Source: Acidobacteriota bacterium (lineage in GTDB: Bacteria; Acidobacteriota; UBA6911; RPQK01; JAJDTT01). From it: a stretch of 64,000 nt of DNA. The stretch is from positions 1,440,001 to 1,504,000 of the forward strand of contig OZ242374.1 of NCBI GenBank assembly GCA_965209055.1. The letters are read 5' to 3'. Positions 25,404 to 34,854 of the stretch are shown here, in pieces; position 1 is the first letter of the stretch, and each line of letters begins with the position of its first letter. The notes beneath the pieces were generated by a model. It was not told the DNA's origin, did no database searches, and saw only the letters and a list, made by a program, of their open reading frames with translations. The position numbers were made by a program, and so were the translations under genes.

Positions 25404-26450
25404 GTGATCATTGGGCTCACGGGTCGCAACGGCTCCGGTAAGGGCGTCGTGGCCGACTACCTGCAGAGCAAGGGCTTCGGATTCTGGTCCCTCTCGGACG
25501 TCATCCGCGACGAAGTCGTCCGGCGAGGAGACGAAGTGACGCGGACGCGTCTCATCCATGCCGGGAGGGATCTTAGGGCCAAGTACGGCAGCGACCACCT
25601 GGCGCAGGAGATCCTGGCGAAGTTGGAAGCGGACCGGAACTATGTCGTGGACTCCTTCCGTCACCCGGCGGAGGTCCGGGCGTTTTCACGGCAGCCCGAT
25701 TTCTACCTCGTGGCGGTCGAGGCGGAGGCTGAAGTTCGGCATCAGCGCGTCTGCGCCCGGGGCCGCGAAAGCGATCCCGTCTCGTTCGGGCGGTTTCTCG
25801 AGTTGGAACGGCAGGAGCTGTCCAGTCGGGACACGCAGGGCCAACAGCTCCTGGCCACTGGCCGGTTGGCCAACGTCAGCTTCGCCAACAACGGCACCAA
25901 GCAGGACCTCCGGAGCAAGGTCGCCGAGTGGTTGAAGCGAACGGCTCCCAAGATGACCCGGCCCGGCTGGGACCCCTATTTTATGAAACTGGCTCAAGTG
26001 GTCGCGCTCAGGAGCAACTGCATCAAGCGCAAGGTGGGCGCCATCATCGTGCGCGACCTCCGGGTCATATCGACGGGCTACAACGGCACTCCCCGCGGCA
26101 CTCGAAACTGTTTCGAGGGGGGATGCCCCCGTTGTGCCGGGCTGGCGGACAGCGGCACTCAACTGGATGACTGCCTCTGTTCCCATGCCGAGGAGAATGC
26201 CATCACCCAGGCGGCTTACCATGGGGTCAGCGTGAACGGGGGCGTTCTTTATACGACGTACTCGCCCTGCCTGACCTGCAGCAAGATGATCATCAACTCG
26301 GGGGTCGTCGAGGTGGTCTACAACCTGGAATATCCCCTTTCCGGCAGATCGTTTCGGCTCCTCCGGGAGGCGTCGGTCGTGTGCCGCCGGTTGACCGTGG
26401 GAGAATCTGCGGCGCTACCGGCGGTCTCCGAGATGCGACCTGCGAAGTGA
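25404..26450 (+). CDS. Fusion of a P-loop nucleotide-kinase-like domain and dCMP deaminase
   Basis: C-terminal part of the 22998-26450 ORF, GTG start. N-terminal IIGLTGRNGSGK; C-terminal RPGWDPYFM, RSNCIKRKVG, TGYNGTP, HAEENAI and PCLTC. Confidence 0.88.
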   Translation: MIIGLTGRNGSGKGVVADYLQSKGFGFWSLSDVIRDEVVRRGDEVTRTRLIHAGRDLRAKYGSDHLAQEILAKLEADRNYVVDSFRHPAEVRAFSRQPDFYLVAVEAEAEVRHQRVCARGRESDPVSFGRFLELERQELSSRDTQGQQLLATGRLANVSFANNGTKQDLRSKVAEWLKRTAPKMTRPGWDPYFMKLAQVVALRSNCIKRKVGAIIVRDLRVISTGYNGTPRGTRNCFEGGCPRCAGLADSGTQLDDCLCSHAEENAITQAAYHGVSVNGGVLYTTYSPCLTCSKMIINSGVVEVVYNLEYPLSGRSFRLLREASVVCRRLTVGESAALPAVSEMRPAK

Positions 26451-27788
26451 GCGCTCGGCCTCCCTCAACCGTAGGCTGTGCCGGACCGGATACGCCTCGC
26501 CCTCCGGCCGCCACAGGCGTTCCGGCAAGCCATCCAACTGGGTCCGCGCGTCGTCCCTCACCTGGCGGACGGTGGGAAGTTCGACATTGGTTTCGCCGCC
26601 CTCCACGTATTTGACAAGCAACGACGAATATCCGTCTGGTGCGGCTTCTCCTTCCGCCGCCAGGAGGTCCCCAACGAATTCCCTGCCCTCGCGGCGGCGA
26701 TAGAGTTCCTTTCGGAGAGGGAATGACGCCTTTTCCCCGCTGATCTTCATTCGAGGCAGGACCCGGCCCTCGTGGAGCCGCTCCACCAGTTTGTAGACCA
26801 GATCGCAGGTCGGGGCTTCCGGGCAGACCACCAGGTCGGTTCCCACGCCGTAGCCGTCGATGGGCGCCTCCGCTTCCGTCAGCGCCGTCACCCTCTCCGG
26901 ATTCAGATCCCCGCTGACCAGGACCCGTGTCTCATGATGTCCGCTCTGGTCCAGGAGCTTGCGGGCCGCCCTCGCTGTTCGGTCCAAATCGCCGCTGTCC
27001 ACCCGCACTCCCTGCGCCGGCGAGGCGAGGCTGAGCGCGTTCCTGACGCCGCGGAGCGTGTCATAAGTGTCCACGAGCAGAATCGAGTGCCGGGGAAAAG
27101 ACCGCTGGAAGGTCTCGAAGGCGCGTTTCTCGTCGTCGAAGAATTGAATGAAGGAGTGGGCCATGGTGCCGTAGAGGGGAATGCCGAGTCGATACCCGGC
27201 CAGAACGTTGCTGGTGCCGTCGCAGCCGCCGATGAACGATGCGCGGGCCGCAAGGAGGCCGGCCTGGGGCCCCTGTGCGCGGCGGCTGCCGAAGTCGATC
27301 ACCGGGCGGCCCCGGGCGGCGCGGCAGAGCAGGCTCGCCTTGGTGGCCACCGTCGTCTGGTAGCTGATCGACGCGATCAGGTAGGTCTCCAGAAGTTGCG
27401 CCTCCATGACGGGGGCCCGGACCTGGAGAACCGGTTCGTGGGGGAAGAACGGAGTCCCCTCGGGCAAGGCCCAGAGATCCCCGCTGAACCGGAAATCACT
27501 GAGGTAGTCGAAGAACCCCGGGGAGACCCCGCGGAAGACCTCCAGGGTCCGCAGCCAGGCCAGGACGTCTTCCGGAAAGCGCAGGTTCAGAACCTGGTGC
27601 AGCGCCTGCTCCAATCCCGCGGCAACCAGAAAACTCCTCCGTGCCGGCAGTCGCCGGGCAAAGAGTTCGAAGGTGGCGCGCTCCTCGGCGAACCCGGCCT
27701 CGAAGTAGGCGGCGAGCATGGTCAATTCGTAAAGGTCGGTGTGGATGCCCAGGGTTTCCTGGGAGGGAAACAAGGGCCGCAATTTCAT
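26415..27788 (-). CDS. pncB: Nicotinate phosphoribosyltransferase
   Basis: TDLYELTM, DFGSRR, GTMAHS, LVDTYD, RVDSGD and GVGT motifs. Confidence 0.93.
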   Translation of the reverse strand: MKLRPLFPSQETLGIHTDLYELTMLAAYFEAGFAEERATFELFARRLPARRSFLVAAGLEQALHQVLNLRFPEDVLAWLRTLEVFRGVSPGFFDYLSDFRFSGDLWALPEGTPFFPHEPVLQVRAPVMEAQLLETYLIASISYQTTVATKASLLCRAARGRPVIDFGSRRAQGPQAGLLAARASFIGGCDGTSNVLAGYRLGIPLYGTMAHSFIQFFDDEKRAFETFQRSFPRHSILLVDTYDTLRGVRNALSLASPAQGVRVDSGDLDRTARAARKLLDQSGHHETRVLVSGDLNPERVTALTEAEAPIDGYGVGTDLVVCPEAPTCDLVYKLVERLHEGRVLPRMKISGEKASFPLRKELYRRREGREFVGDLLAAEGEAAPDGYSSLLVKYVEGGETNVELPTVRQVRDDARTQLDGLPERLWRPEGEAYPVRHSLRLREAERSLRRSHLGDRR

Positions 27789-29083
27789 GCTTCGGGAAAC
27801 ACGCGGGCGAAGACCGTGTCGACGTGCTCAAGTGTCTTCCGAAGATCGAAGGCGGCTTCGATCTGGGCCGGCGAGAGGTGGGAGCGAATGTCGGAATCGG
27901 CGAGGATCAGCGTCTTGAAGTCGGCCTTTTCGTTCCAGACCCGGAGGGCGTTGCGCTGGACCCATTCGTAGGCCTGGCTGCGGAGGACGCCCGCCATGAC
28001 CAGCTTCAGCAACAGGGTGCCCGAGTACATCAGGCCTCCGGTCAACTCCAGGTTGGCCAGCATCCTCTCCCGGTTCACCACCAGGTTGTCCACCACCCGG
28101 CCCAGGCGCAACGTGAGGTAGTGGGCCAGCGTCGTGCTGTCGGGCAGGATGACCCGTTCCACCGACGAGTGAGAGATGTCCCGCTCGTGCCAGAGGGGGA
28201 TGTTCTCCAGCGCCGCCAGCGCGTTGGCGCGAAGCACCCGGGAAAGTCCGCTCACGTTCTCGGAGCTGATGGGGTTTTTCTTGTGGGGCATGGCGGAGCT
28301 GCCGGTCTGGCCGGTTCGAAAGGCCTCGCTGGCTTCGCCCACTTCGGTGCGCTGCAGATGGCGAATTTCGGTGGCGATCTTGTCGTAGGTCGAACCCAGG
28401 ATGGCCAGGGTGCACAGGTACTCGGCGTGGCGGTCCCGTTGCAGGGTCTGCGTGGAGGCGGCCGCATAGCCGATACCGAGTGCGGCGCAGACCTTCTCCT
28501 CGACCTCGGGGGGCAGGTGGGAAAAGGTGCCCACCGGGCCGCTGATCTTGCCGACTTCCAAGGTCTTGCGGGCCTTCCGGAAGCGTTCCAGGTTGCGCTC
28601 CATTTCCGAATACCAGACGGTCACTTTGAGGCCGAACGTGGTGGGCTCGGCATGGATCCCGTGGGTCCGCCCCATCATCGGCGTGTCCTTGTGGCGGCGG
28701 GCCTTGCGGCGCAGCACCTCCAGAAAGTTCACGAGGGCGGATTCGATCAGCTCGGAGGCTTCCTTGACCTGGAGCGCCTGCGCCGTGTCCACCACGTCGG
28801 TGGAGGTCAAACCCATGTGAATGAACCGGGAGGAGGGTCCGACCACTTCCGACACGGCCCGGATGAAGGCCACGACATCGTGACGCGTGACGGCCTCGAT
28901 CTCGTGGATCCGCTCGACGGAAAACCCTGCCTTTTCGCGGATTTCCGACATGGCCGCCGGGGGGATGCGCCCGGCATCGCTCAGCACCTGGCAGACCGCA
29001 ACCTCCACCTCGAGCCACTTCCGGAACTTGTTTTCTTCAGACCAGATCCGGACCATTTCGGGCCGGCTGTACCGGGGAATCAT
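27785..29083 (-). CDS. purB: Adenylosuccinate lyase
   Basis: MIPRYSR start, GRTHGIHAEP and GSSAMPHKKNP signature. Confidence 0.96.
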   Translation of the reverse strand: MIPRYSRPEMVRIWSEENKFRKWLEVEVAVCQVLSDAGRIPPAAMSEIREKAGFSVERIHEIEAVTRHDVVAFIRAVSEVVGPSSRFIHMGLTSTDVVDTAQALQVKEASELIESALVNFLEVLRRKARRHKDTPMMGRTHGIHAEPTTFGLKVTVWYSEMERNLERFRKARKTLEVGKISGPVGTFSHLPPEVEEKVCAALGIGYAAASTQTLQRDRHAEYLCTLAILGSTYDKIATEIRHLQRTEVGEASEAFRTGQTGSSAMPHKKNPISSENVSGLSRVLRANALAALENIPLWHERDISHSSVERVILPDSTTLAHYLTLRLGRVVDNLVVNRERMLANLELTGGLMYSGTLLLKLVMAGVLRSQAYEWVQRNALRVWNEKADFKTLILADSDIRSHLSPAQIEAAFDLRKTLEHVDTVFARVFPEA

Positions 29084-29859
29084 AGGCTCAAGACTATGGA
29101 GGGTCGGTTTTGGTGAGTCAAGTGAACCCGGGGGCCCGATTCGCCGCTTCCGGAGGCGCCGGAAAGAGCCGCCGAGACCTGTTCCAGGGCCAGCTGGGGA
29201 TGGTTGTTGGTGCGGCTCATATGGGCCAGGAAGATGTGTTTGGTCCTGTCGCCCAGGTGCGTCTTGAGGCACCGGCCCAGCGCATGGTTGGAAAGATGGC
29301 CCTTCGGCCCCATCAGCCGTTGCTTGAGGAGCCAGGGGTAGGGGCCCGCCAGCACCATCTCCTCGTCGTGGTTGGATTCCAGGATCAACCAGTCGCAGTC
29401 GGCCAGAGGTTCCGTGATTTCCGGGGTGGGTTCACCCAGATCGGTGGCAAGAAGGCCTTGAATCCCATCGGCGGCAAACCGGAAGCCGACCGGTTGGGCC
29501 GCGTCGTGGGACACCGGGAGGGCTTCGACCTCCAGGTCGCCGATCTGAAACGGAACTCCCACCGGGACGATCATCGTCCGGTCCACTTCCTGGAGTGCGG
29601 GGCTTTCCCTCAAGGTCCCCCCGGTCATGAATGCAGGGACTTCCAGATCCCGGACCAGGGCCGGGACGCCGCTGACGTGATCGGTGTGTTCGTGCGTCAG
29701 AAGGAGAGCGTCCAGCCCATCCAGCGACAGTCCCGCCTGCTGGAGGCGCCGGCCGAGGCTCCGCCGGCCGAAGCCGAGATCGACCAGAATCCGGGCCTTC
29801 GCCGTCGCGATGTACGTGCAGTTTCCACCGCTGCCACTTCCCAGAACGCAGATTTTCAT
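29080..29859 (-). CDS. MBL-fold metallohydrolase (YycJ/WalJ-like)
   Basis: LGSGSGGN, THEHTDH, SHDA, LESNHD and GHLSN motifs. Confidence 0.9.
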   Translation of the reverse strand: MKICVLGSGSGGNCTYIATAKARILVDLGFGRRSLGRRLQQAGLSLDGLDALLLTHEHTDHVSGVPALVRDLEVPAFMTGGTLRESPALQEVDRTMIVPVGVPFQIGDLEVEALPVSHDAAQPVGFRFAADGIQGLLATDLGEPTPEITEPLADCDWLILESNHDEEMVLAGPYPWLLKQRLMGPKGHLSNHALGRCLKTHLGDRTKHIFLAHMSRTNNHPQLALEQVSAALSGASGSGESGPRVHLTHQNRPSIVLSL

Positions 29860-30003
29860 GCTGGAGTCCGGACGCTTCGCAGCTATGGCCGTGCGAAACG
29901 CCGATCGGGTGCCGTGATGGCGTTTTGTGCCGCCTGTTAGAATCTACCAGCCTGGTGTGAAAGGGACGGCTGGTCCCCGGGTCAGGAGACAAGGCGAAAT
30001 CAG

Positions 30004-31356
30004 ATGACTCCCAGTTTCCACATTTTCAGCTTCGGCTGCCGCACCAACCAGTCCGACAGCGCCGCCATCCGGCAGGACTTCCTGGGCCGCGGCTACCGCG
30101 AGGCATGGGACTGGCGGAAGGCGGGCATCATAGTCGTCAACTCCTGTACCGTCACGCATCGAGCCGATCAGCAGGTGCGGCAGTTGGTTCGCCGGTTTCA
30201 CCGCGAAAACGGGGCCGCCCGGATCGTCGTGACCGGTTGCTACGCTCAGCGGGAGCCGGAGAGCCTGTCCCGAATACCGGGCGTCGAAGCCGTCGTCGGA
30301 AACACTCACAAGAGTGACCTTGTGGGAATCGTGGACAGGCCTGCGGAATCCGCCCTGACCTCGGACGAGCTGGCGGACGTGTACCGGCAGGAATTCGTCA
30401 AGGTCCGCACCATGGAGGGCGCTGCCGGCGGCTCCCCGGGGCTGCGAGTCCGGCCCTTCGTCAAGGTCCAGGACGGCTGTGACGCCAAGTGCACGTACTG
30501 CATCATCCCGCTGGTTCGCGGACCGGGTCGGAGCCTGCCGCCGGAGCAGGTTCTGGCCCAGGTGCGCGAGTTGGCGCGAAAGGGGTTCCAGGAGGTGGTT
30601 CTGACCGGGATCCACATTGGAACCTACGGGATGCATTTGAAACCGCGCTATCCGCTGGACCGCCTGCTGGCGGACGTGGCCGGGACGCCCGGGCTGGTCC
30701 GGGTGCGGCTGAGCTCCATCGAGCCCATGGAGCTGTCGCGGCGGGTCATCGAGTTGGCGGCCGGGAACGACAAGATCTGCCCTCATTTCCACATCTGCCT
30801 TCAGAGCGGAAGCAACCGGATCCTGAGGAGGATGTGGCGCCCGTACGACACGTCCAGGTTCGGTGAGATCGTGCAGGAGATCCGGACCCGGTTGCCCCAG
30901 GCATCCATCGGAACGGACCTGGTGGTCGGGTTTCCGGGGGAGCGCGCGCGGGACCACCTGGAAACCGTCCGATTCGTCCAGGCCATGCCTTTCACCTATT
31001 TCCACGTGTTCCCCTACAGCGACCGGCCCGGGACCCGCGCTTCGGCCATGCGGTCCAAGGTCGACCCGCGGCTCCAGCGCCGCCGGTGTTGGGAGTTGAG
31101 GCAGATTTCGGCGGCGAAGAACCGCGCCTTCCGGCGGCGGTTCATCGGCAGGAAGCTTTCGGTCCTGACCCTGGGAGAGTCTGCCGCCGGGAGGTGGGAG
31201 GGGATCTCCGCGAACTACATCAAGGTTCGTTTTCCGGGCCCCGTGGCGCCCAACAGAGTGGTCCGGGTTGAGGCCGCAGGGGAGACTGAAGATGGGCTGG
31301 CGGCGAATCCCGGCTCAGCGCCTCAACCGTCGATGACGACGCAGGCCACTGCGTAG
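30004..31356 (+). CDS. mtaB: tRNA threonylcarbamoyladenosine methylthiotransferase
   Basis: FGCRTNQ, NSCTVT..AD, VTGCYAQ, KVQDGCDAKCTYC and HVFPYSDRPGT motifs. Confidence 0.92.
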   Translation: MTPSFHIFSFGCRTNQSDSAAIRQDFLGRGYREAWDWRKAGIIVVNSCTVTHRADQQVRQLVRRFHRENGAARIVVTGCYAQREPESLSRIPGVEAVVGNTHKSDLVGIVDRPAESALTSDELADVYRQEFVKVRTMEGAAGGSPGLRVRPFVKVQDGCDAKCTYCIIPLVRGPGRSLPPEQVLAQVRELARKGFQEVVLTGIHIGTYGMHLKPRYPLDRLLADVAGTPGLVRVRLSSIEPMELSRRVIELAAGNDKICPHFHICLQSGSNRILRRMWRPYDTSRFGEIVQEIRTRLPQASIGTDLVVGFPGERARDHLETVRFVQAMPFTYFHVFPYSDRPGTRASAMRSKVDPRLQRRRCWELRQISAAKNRAFRRRFIGRKLSVLTLGESAAGRWEGISANYIKVRFPGPVAPNRVVRVEAAGETEDGLAANPGSAPQPSMTTQATA

Positions 31357-31697
31357 TCGGTGGCGTGGGTGATGGTGAGGAGGCTCTTTCGAGCCTTCGA
31401 TTCCTTGAAGATGGCGGCCGCTTTTCCGTAGAGGGTCAGCTGGGGTTCGCCCATGGGTCCGGCCGTGGTCTCGACGTCGCGCCATCGGATGCCAGCCTGC
31501 CAACCGGTCCCCAGGGCCTTCAGGGCCGCCTCCTTGGCCGCGAACCGTCCGGCGAAATGCTGGTACTTGTTCTTGCGCTGGGAGCAGTACCGTATTTCCT
31601 CAGGGGTGAAGACCCGCTCGGTGATGGATTTGCTGCCGCGCAAGGCCTTGGCGATGCGGTCGACCTCCACGATGTCCAGTCCGATTCCGACGACCAT
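31323..31697 (-). CDS. acpS: Holo-ACP synthase
   Basis: GIGLDIV and AGRFAAKEA..KALGTG motifs. Confidence 0.95.
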   Translation of the reverse strand: MVVGIGLDIVEVDRIAKALRGSKSITERVFTPEEIRYCSQRKNKYQHFAGRFAAKEAALKALGTGWQAGIRWRDVETTAGPMGEPQLTLYGKAAAIFKESKARKSLLTITHATDYAVACVVIDG

Positions 31698-31774
31698 GGG
31701 GAGCCCTCTGTGAACGGCGCACAGTTTACTGTGAGGAGGGTTGTCAGTTCCAGGCCATGTTACCCTGGCAGCCC

Positions 31775-32548
31775 GTGATGGTGGAGAGGACGGCCGGCGA
31801 CTTCCCCTACCTTGCCTTCCGGGGCATGACGGCGATCCCGAGCTTCGTACACGCCGTCACGACCCGCGCAACCGACGGATCCGGCGCGGCTCCTTCGGCC
31901 ACCCGCCCGGCGGAGCCGGATGAGGCGTTTCTGACTGCCCTCGGGATACCGGCCAGAAAGCTGATCCTGTTGGAACAGGAGCATGCGGACGCGGTCCTGG
32001 CCGTGGAAACGGAAAAGCCGGCTTGCGGTTCCGGTCATCCCCGGGCGGATGCCGTGATTCTGACTTCCCCCGGCTGGTACGGGGCGATCCGGACGGCGGA
32101 TTGCCTCTCCGTGGTGATGGTGGACCCGCGGCGCCGGGTCCTGGGATTGGCGCACGCCGGCTGGCGGGGAACCTGCAGGGGAGTGACCGCCAAGGCGGCG
32201 GCCCGCCTTCTCCGGCTGACGGGCGCGGATCCGGGAGACCTCTGCACCGCATTCGGCCCCTGTATCAGGAGTTGTTGCTACGAGGTCGGCGAGGAGGTCC
32301 GGGTTGCCTTCCGGGAGCGGGGGTACGAAACGGAGAAGATCTTCCAGGGGAGTCATCTCGACCTGATCGGGGCCAACCGGCTCCAACTGGAGCGACTGGG
32401 CGTCAGGCGAATTCTGGACTCCGGCCTCTGCACCTCCTGCCGCAACGACCGGTTCTATTCCTACCGGCGGGAGAAGACGGAGCGGAGGATGTGGACCGTG
32501 GCCGGATTCCGCCCCGATTCGACGGAAGACCTCAAAACCCTGGCGTAG
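31775..32548 (+). CDS. pgeF: YfiH/PgeF family protein
   Basis: QEH, TADC, HAGWRG, GPCI..CCYEVG, CTSC and YSYRR motifs; start provisional. Confidence 0.88.
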   Translation: MMVERTAGDFPYLAFRGMTAIPSFVHAVTTRATDGSGAAPSATRPAEPDEAFLTALGIPARKLILLEQEHADAVLAVETEKPACGSGHPRADAVILTSPGWYGAIRTADCLSVVMVDPRRRVLGLAHAGWRGTCRGVTAKAAARLLRLTGADPGDLCTAFGPCIRSCCYEVGEEVRVAFRERGYETEKIFQGSHLDLIGANRLQLERLGVRRILDSGLCTSCRNDRFYSYRREKTERRMWTVAGFRPDSTEDLKTLA

Positions 32549-32599
32549 GACTCCGCCATCCTCGTTCGGCCGAACAGGAAAGCGGGGCGGGACTCGGCG

Positions 32600-33082
32600 T
32601 CAGAGTTGAATGCTCTCGATTTTCTTCTGTTGTGCCGCCTTGTAGGCGCGCAGCTTTTCCTGAAGTCCCGTATCGCTGCGGCTCAGGATCTGGACCGCCA
32701 CCAGGCCCGCGTTGCGGGCGCCGGCCTTGCCGATGGCCATGCTGGACACGGGCACGCCGCCCGGCATCTGCACCGTGGCGAGCAGGGCGTCCAATCCTTT
32801 CAGCGGCGATGAGTCGATGGGGACGCCGATCACCGGCAAAATGGTGTGAGCCGCTAGGACGCCGGCCAGATGGGCCGCGGCGCCGGCTCCTGCGATCAGG
32901 ACCTGGATCCCACGTCCCTCCGCATCGCGGGCAAAGTCCGTGGTCAGGGAAGGCGACCGGTGCGCCGAGAGAACACGGATGTCGTAGGGAACTTCGAAGT
33001 CATCCAGGATCTTGCTCGCTTCCTGCATCACCCCGAGATCGGAAACGCTTCCCATGAGGATGCCGACTTTCGGTGCGCTCAT
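32600..33082 (-). CDS. purE: N5-CAIR mutase
   Basis: MGSVSD, SAHR, AGAGAAAHL and VQMPGGVPV motifs. Confidence 0.96.
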   Translation of the reverse strand: MSAPKVGILMGSVSDLGVMQEASKILDDFEVPYDIRVLSAHRSPSLTTDFARDAEGRGIQVLIAGAGAAAHLAGVLAAHTILPVIGVPIDSSPLKGLDALLATVQMPGGVPVSSMAIGKAGARNAGLVAVQILSRSDTGLQEKLRAYKAAQQKKIESIQL

Positions 33083-34378
33083 TTACGAATTCCTTTCTGT
33101 TTGGGAAAGCCGTCTGTATGCAATGTCTCGCCGATAGTAGATGCCGTCGAAGTGGATCTCCGTCAACCCCGAATAGGCGCGCCGCACCGCCTCGTCGAGA
33201 GAGGGAGCCAACGCCGTGACGCCCAGCACCCTTCCGCCGCTGGTCACGAACCGGCCGTCGGACTGGGAAGTTCCGGCATGGAACACCACCAGGTTCTCCA
33301 TCCGGTCCGTCTTCGCCAGTCCCGAGATCTCCAGTCCCTTGGGATAGGACCCCGGGTACCCCTTGGCCGCGGCGACCACACAGACTGCGGCTTGTGAAGT
33401 CCACTCGGCTTCGGTGGAGGCCAGGTCCCCGCGGGCGGCTTGGAGCAGAAGTGTGGCGAGATCGCTCCGGAGCCGGGGAAGGATCACCTGCGCCTCCGGG
33501 TCTCCGAAACGCACGTTGTATTCCAGGACCCGGGGGCCGTCCTCAGTGAGCATCAATCCGGCGTAGAGGATTCCGGAGAAGGGCCGTCCCTCCCGGTTCA
33601 TGCCGTCCACGGTGGGGAGAATGACCTGGTCGAGGATCCGCCGCCGCAGATCGGGAGACAGAAGGCCGTCCATGGAATAGGCGCCCATTCCACCCGTGTT
33701 GGGCCCGCGGCCTCCTTCGAAGATCTGCTTGTGATCCTGGGAGGGGACCATGGGGACCACGTTGCCGGCGCCGTCGGCCAGGACCATGAACGAAGCTTCC
33801 TCTCCCTGGAGAAACTCCTCGACCACCAGCCGGTCGCCGGCGGTTCCGAATTGCCTTGCGATCATGATCCGGTCGAGGGCCGCGACGGCCTCCTGCAGGT
33901 CGGCGCAGATCAGGACTCCCTTGCCGGCCGCCAAGCCGTCGGCCTTGAGCACCACGGGAAACTCGAAGAGGCCGCTCCGAAGCGCTCGCTCCGCGGCGGA
34001 AGGATCGTCGAAAACCCGATAGGCCGCCGTCGGGATCTGGTGGCGGCTCATGAAATCCTTGGCGAAGGCCTTGCTCCCCTCCAGCCGGGCCGCCTCCGCC
34101 GAAGGGCCGACAAGCGGCACGCCGGACCGGCGAAAAAGGTCTCCGATGCCGTCCACCAGGCTGGCTTCCGGTCCCACCACGGCCAGATTCATGTCTTGAT
34201 CGACGGCGAAATCCAACAGTTGACGGAGAGAGAGCTTGGGGAGAATTCGGGTCTTGGCGGCGGCCGCGATTCCGGCGTTTCCCGGGGAGCAGTAAATCTT
34301 CCGGACCTCGTCGCTCAAGCCCAGCTTCCAGACCAGCGCGTGTTCTCTTCCGCCAGAGCCGACGACGAGTATCTTCAC
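33083..34378 (-). CDS. purD: Phosphoribosylamine--glycine ligase
   Basis: GSGGREHA, KADGLAAGKGV, GPNTGGMG and RFGDPE motifs. Confidence 0.97.
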   Translation of the reverse strand: MKILVVGSGGREHALVWKLGLSDEVRKIYCSPGNAGIAAAAKTRILPKLSLRQLLDFAVDQDMNLAVVGPEASLVDGIGDLFRRSGVPLVGPSAEAARLEGSKAFAKDFMSRHQIPTAAYRVFDDPSAAERALRSGLFEFPVVLKADGLAAGKGVLICADLQEAVAALDRIMIARQFGTAGDRLVVEEFLQGEEASFMVLADGAGNVVPMVPSQDHKQIFEGGRGPNTGGMGAYSMDGLLSPDLRRRILDQVILPTVDGMNREGRPFSGILYAGLMLTEDGPRVLEYNVRFGDPEAQVILPRLRSDLATLLLQAARGDLASTEAEWTSQAAVCVVAAAKGYPGSYPKGLEISGLAKTDRMENLVVFHAGTSQSDGRFVTSGGRVLGVTALAPSLDEAVRRAYSGLTEIHFDGIYYRRDIAYRRLSQTERNS

Positions 34379-34416
34379 TGTTGTTTCGCGACGGCCAGGC
34401 TCGAATCCTGCCTGGG

Positions 34417-34698
34417 TCAGCTTTCCTTCTTGGATTCAGTTTTGGGAGCCGCACTGTCGGCGGCGGCTTTGGCCGGTTCCTTCTTGGCGGTTTCCGTTTT
34501 GGTCTCCGAGCCGGTGTCCTTGCGGGCGTAGTCGGTGACGTACCAGCCTGACCCCTTGAACTGGATACTCGGCGCCGAGATCAGCTTCTCCAGCATTCCG
34601 CCGCAAGTATTGCACGTCTTCAGGGGCGGGTCCGAGAGCCGCTGAAGCACTTCGATGGTCTCTCCGCAACTGTCGCAAGCGTATTCGTAAAGCGGCAT
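34417..34698 (-). CDS. FmdB-family zinc ribbon protein
   Basis: MPLYEYACDSC...CNTC...FKGSGWYVTDY. Confidence 0.9.
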   Translation of the reverse strand: MPLYEYACDSCGETIEVLQRLSDPPLKTCNTCGGMLEKLISAPSIQFKGSGWYVTDYARKDTGSETKTETAKKEPAKAAADSAAPKTESKKES

Positions 34699-34854
34699 CG
34701 CGGCACCCGCAAGCAACCCCTCCAAAAACCGTAGAATATAGCAACCCTTTCCCCCTTTTGCCACGATCCGCGGCCGGACCGCCTCAGCCGGCCTCCCCGT
34801 TCACCCTTCCCGCCTCATTCCTCTTTCCGCTCCTCTTTGAGATACTGGCCGGCG

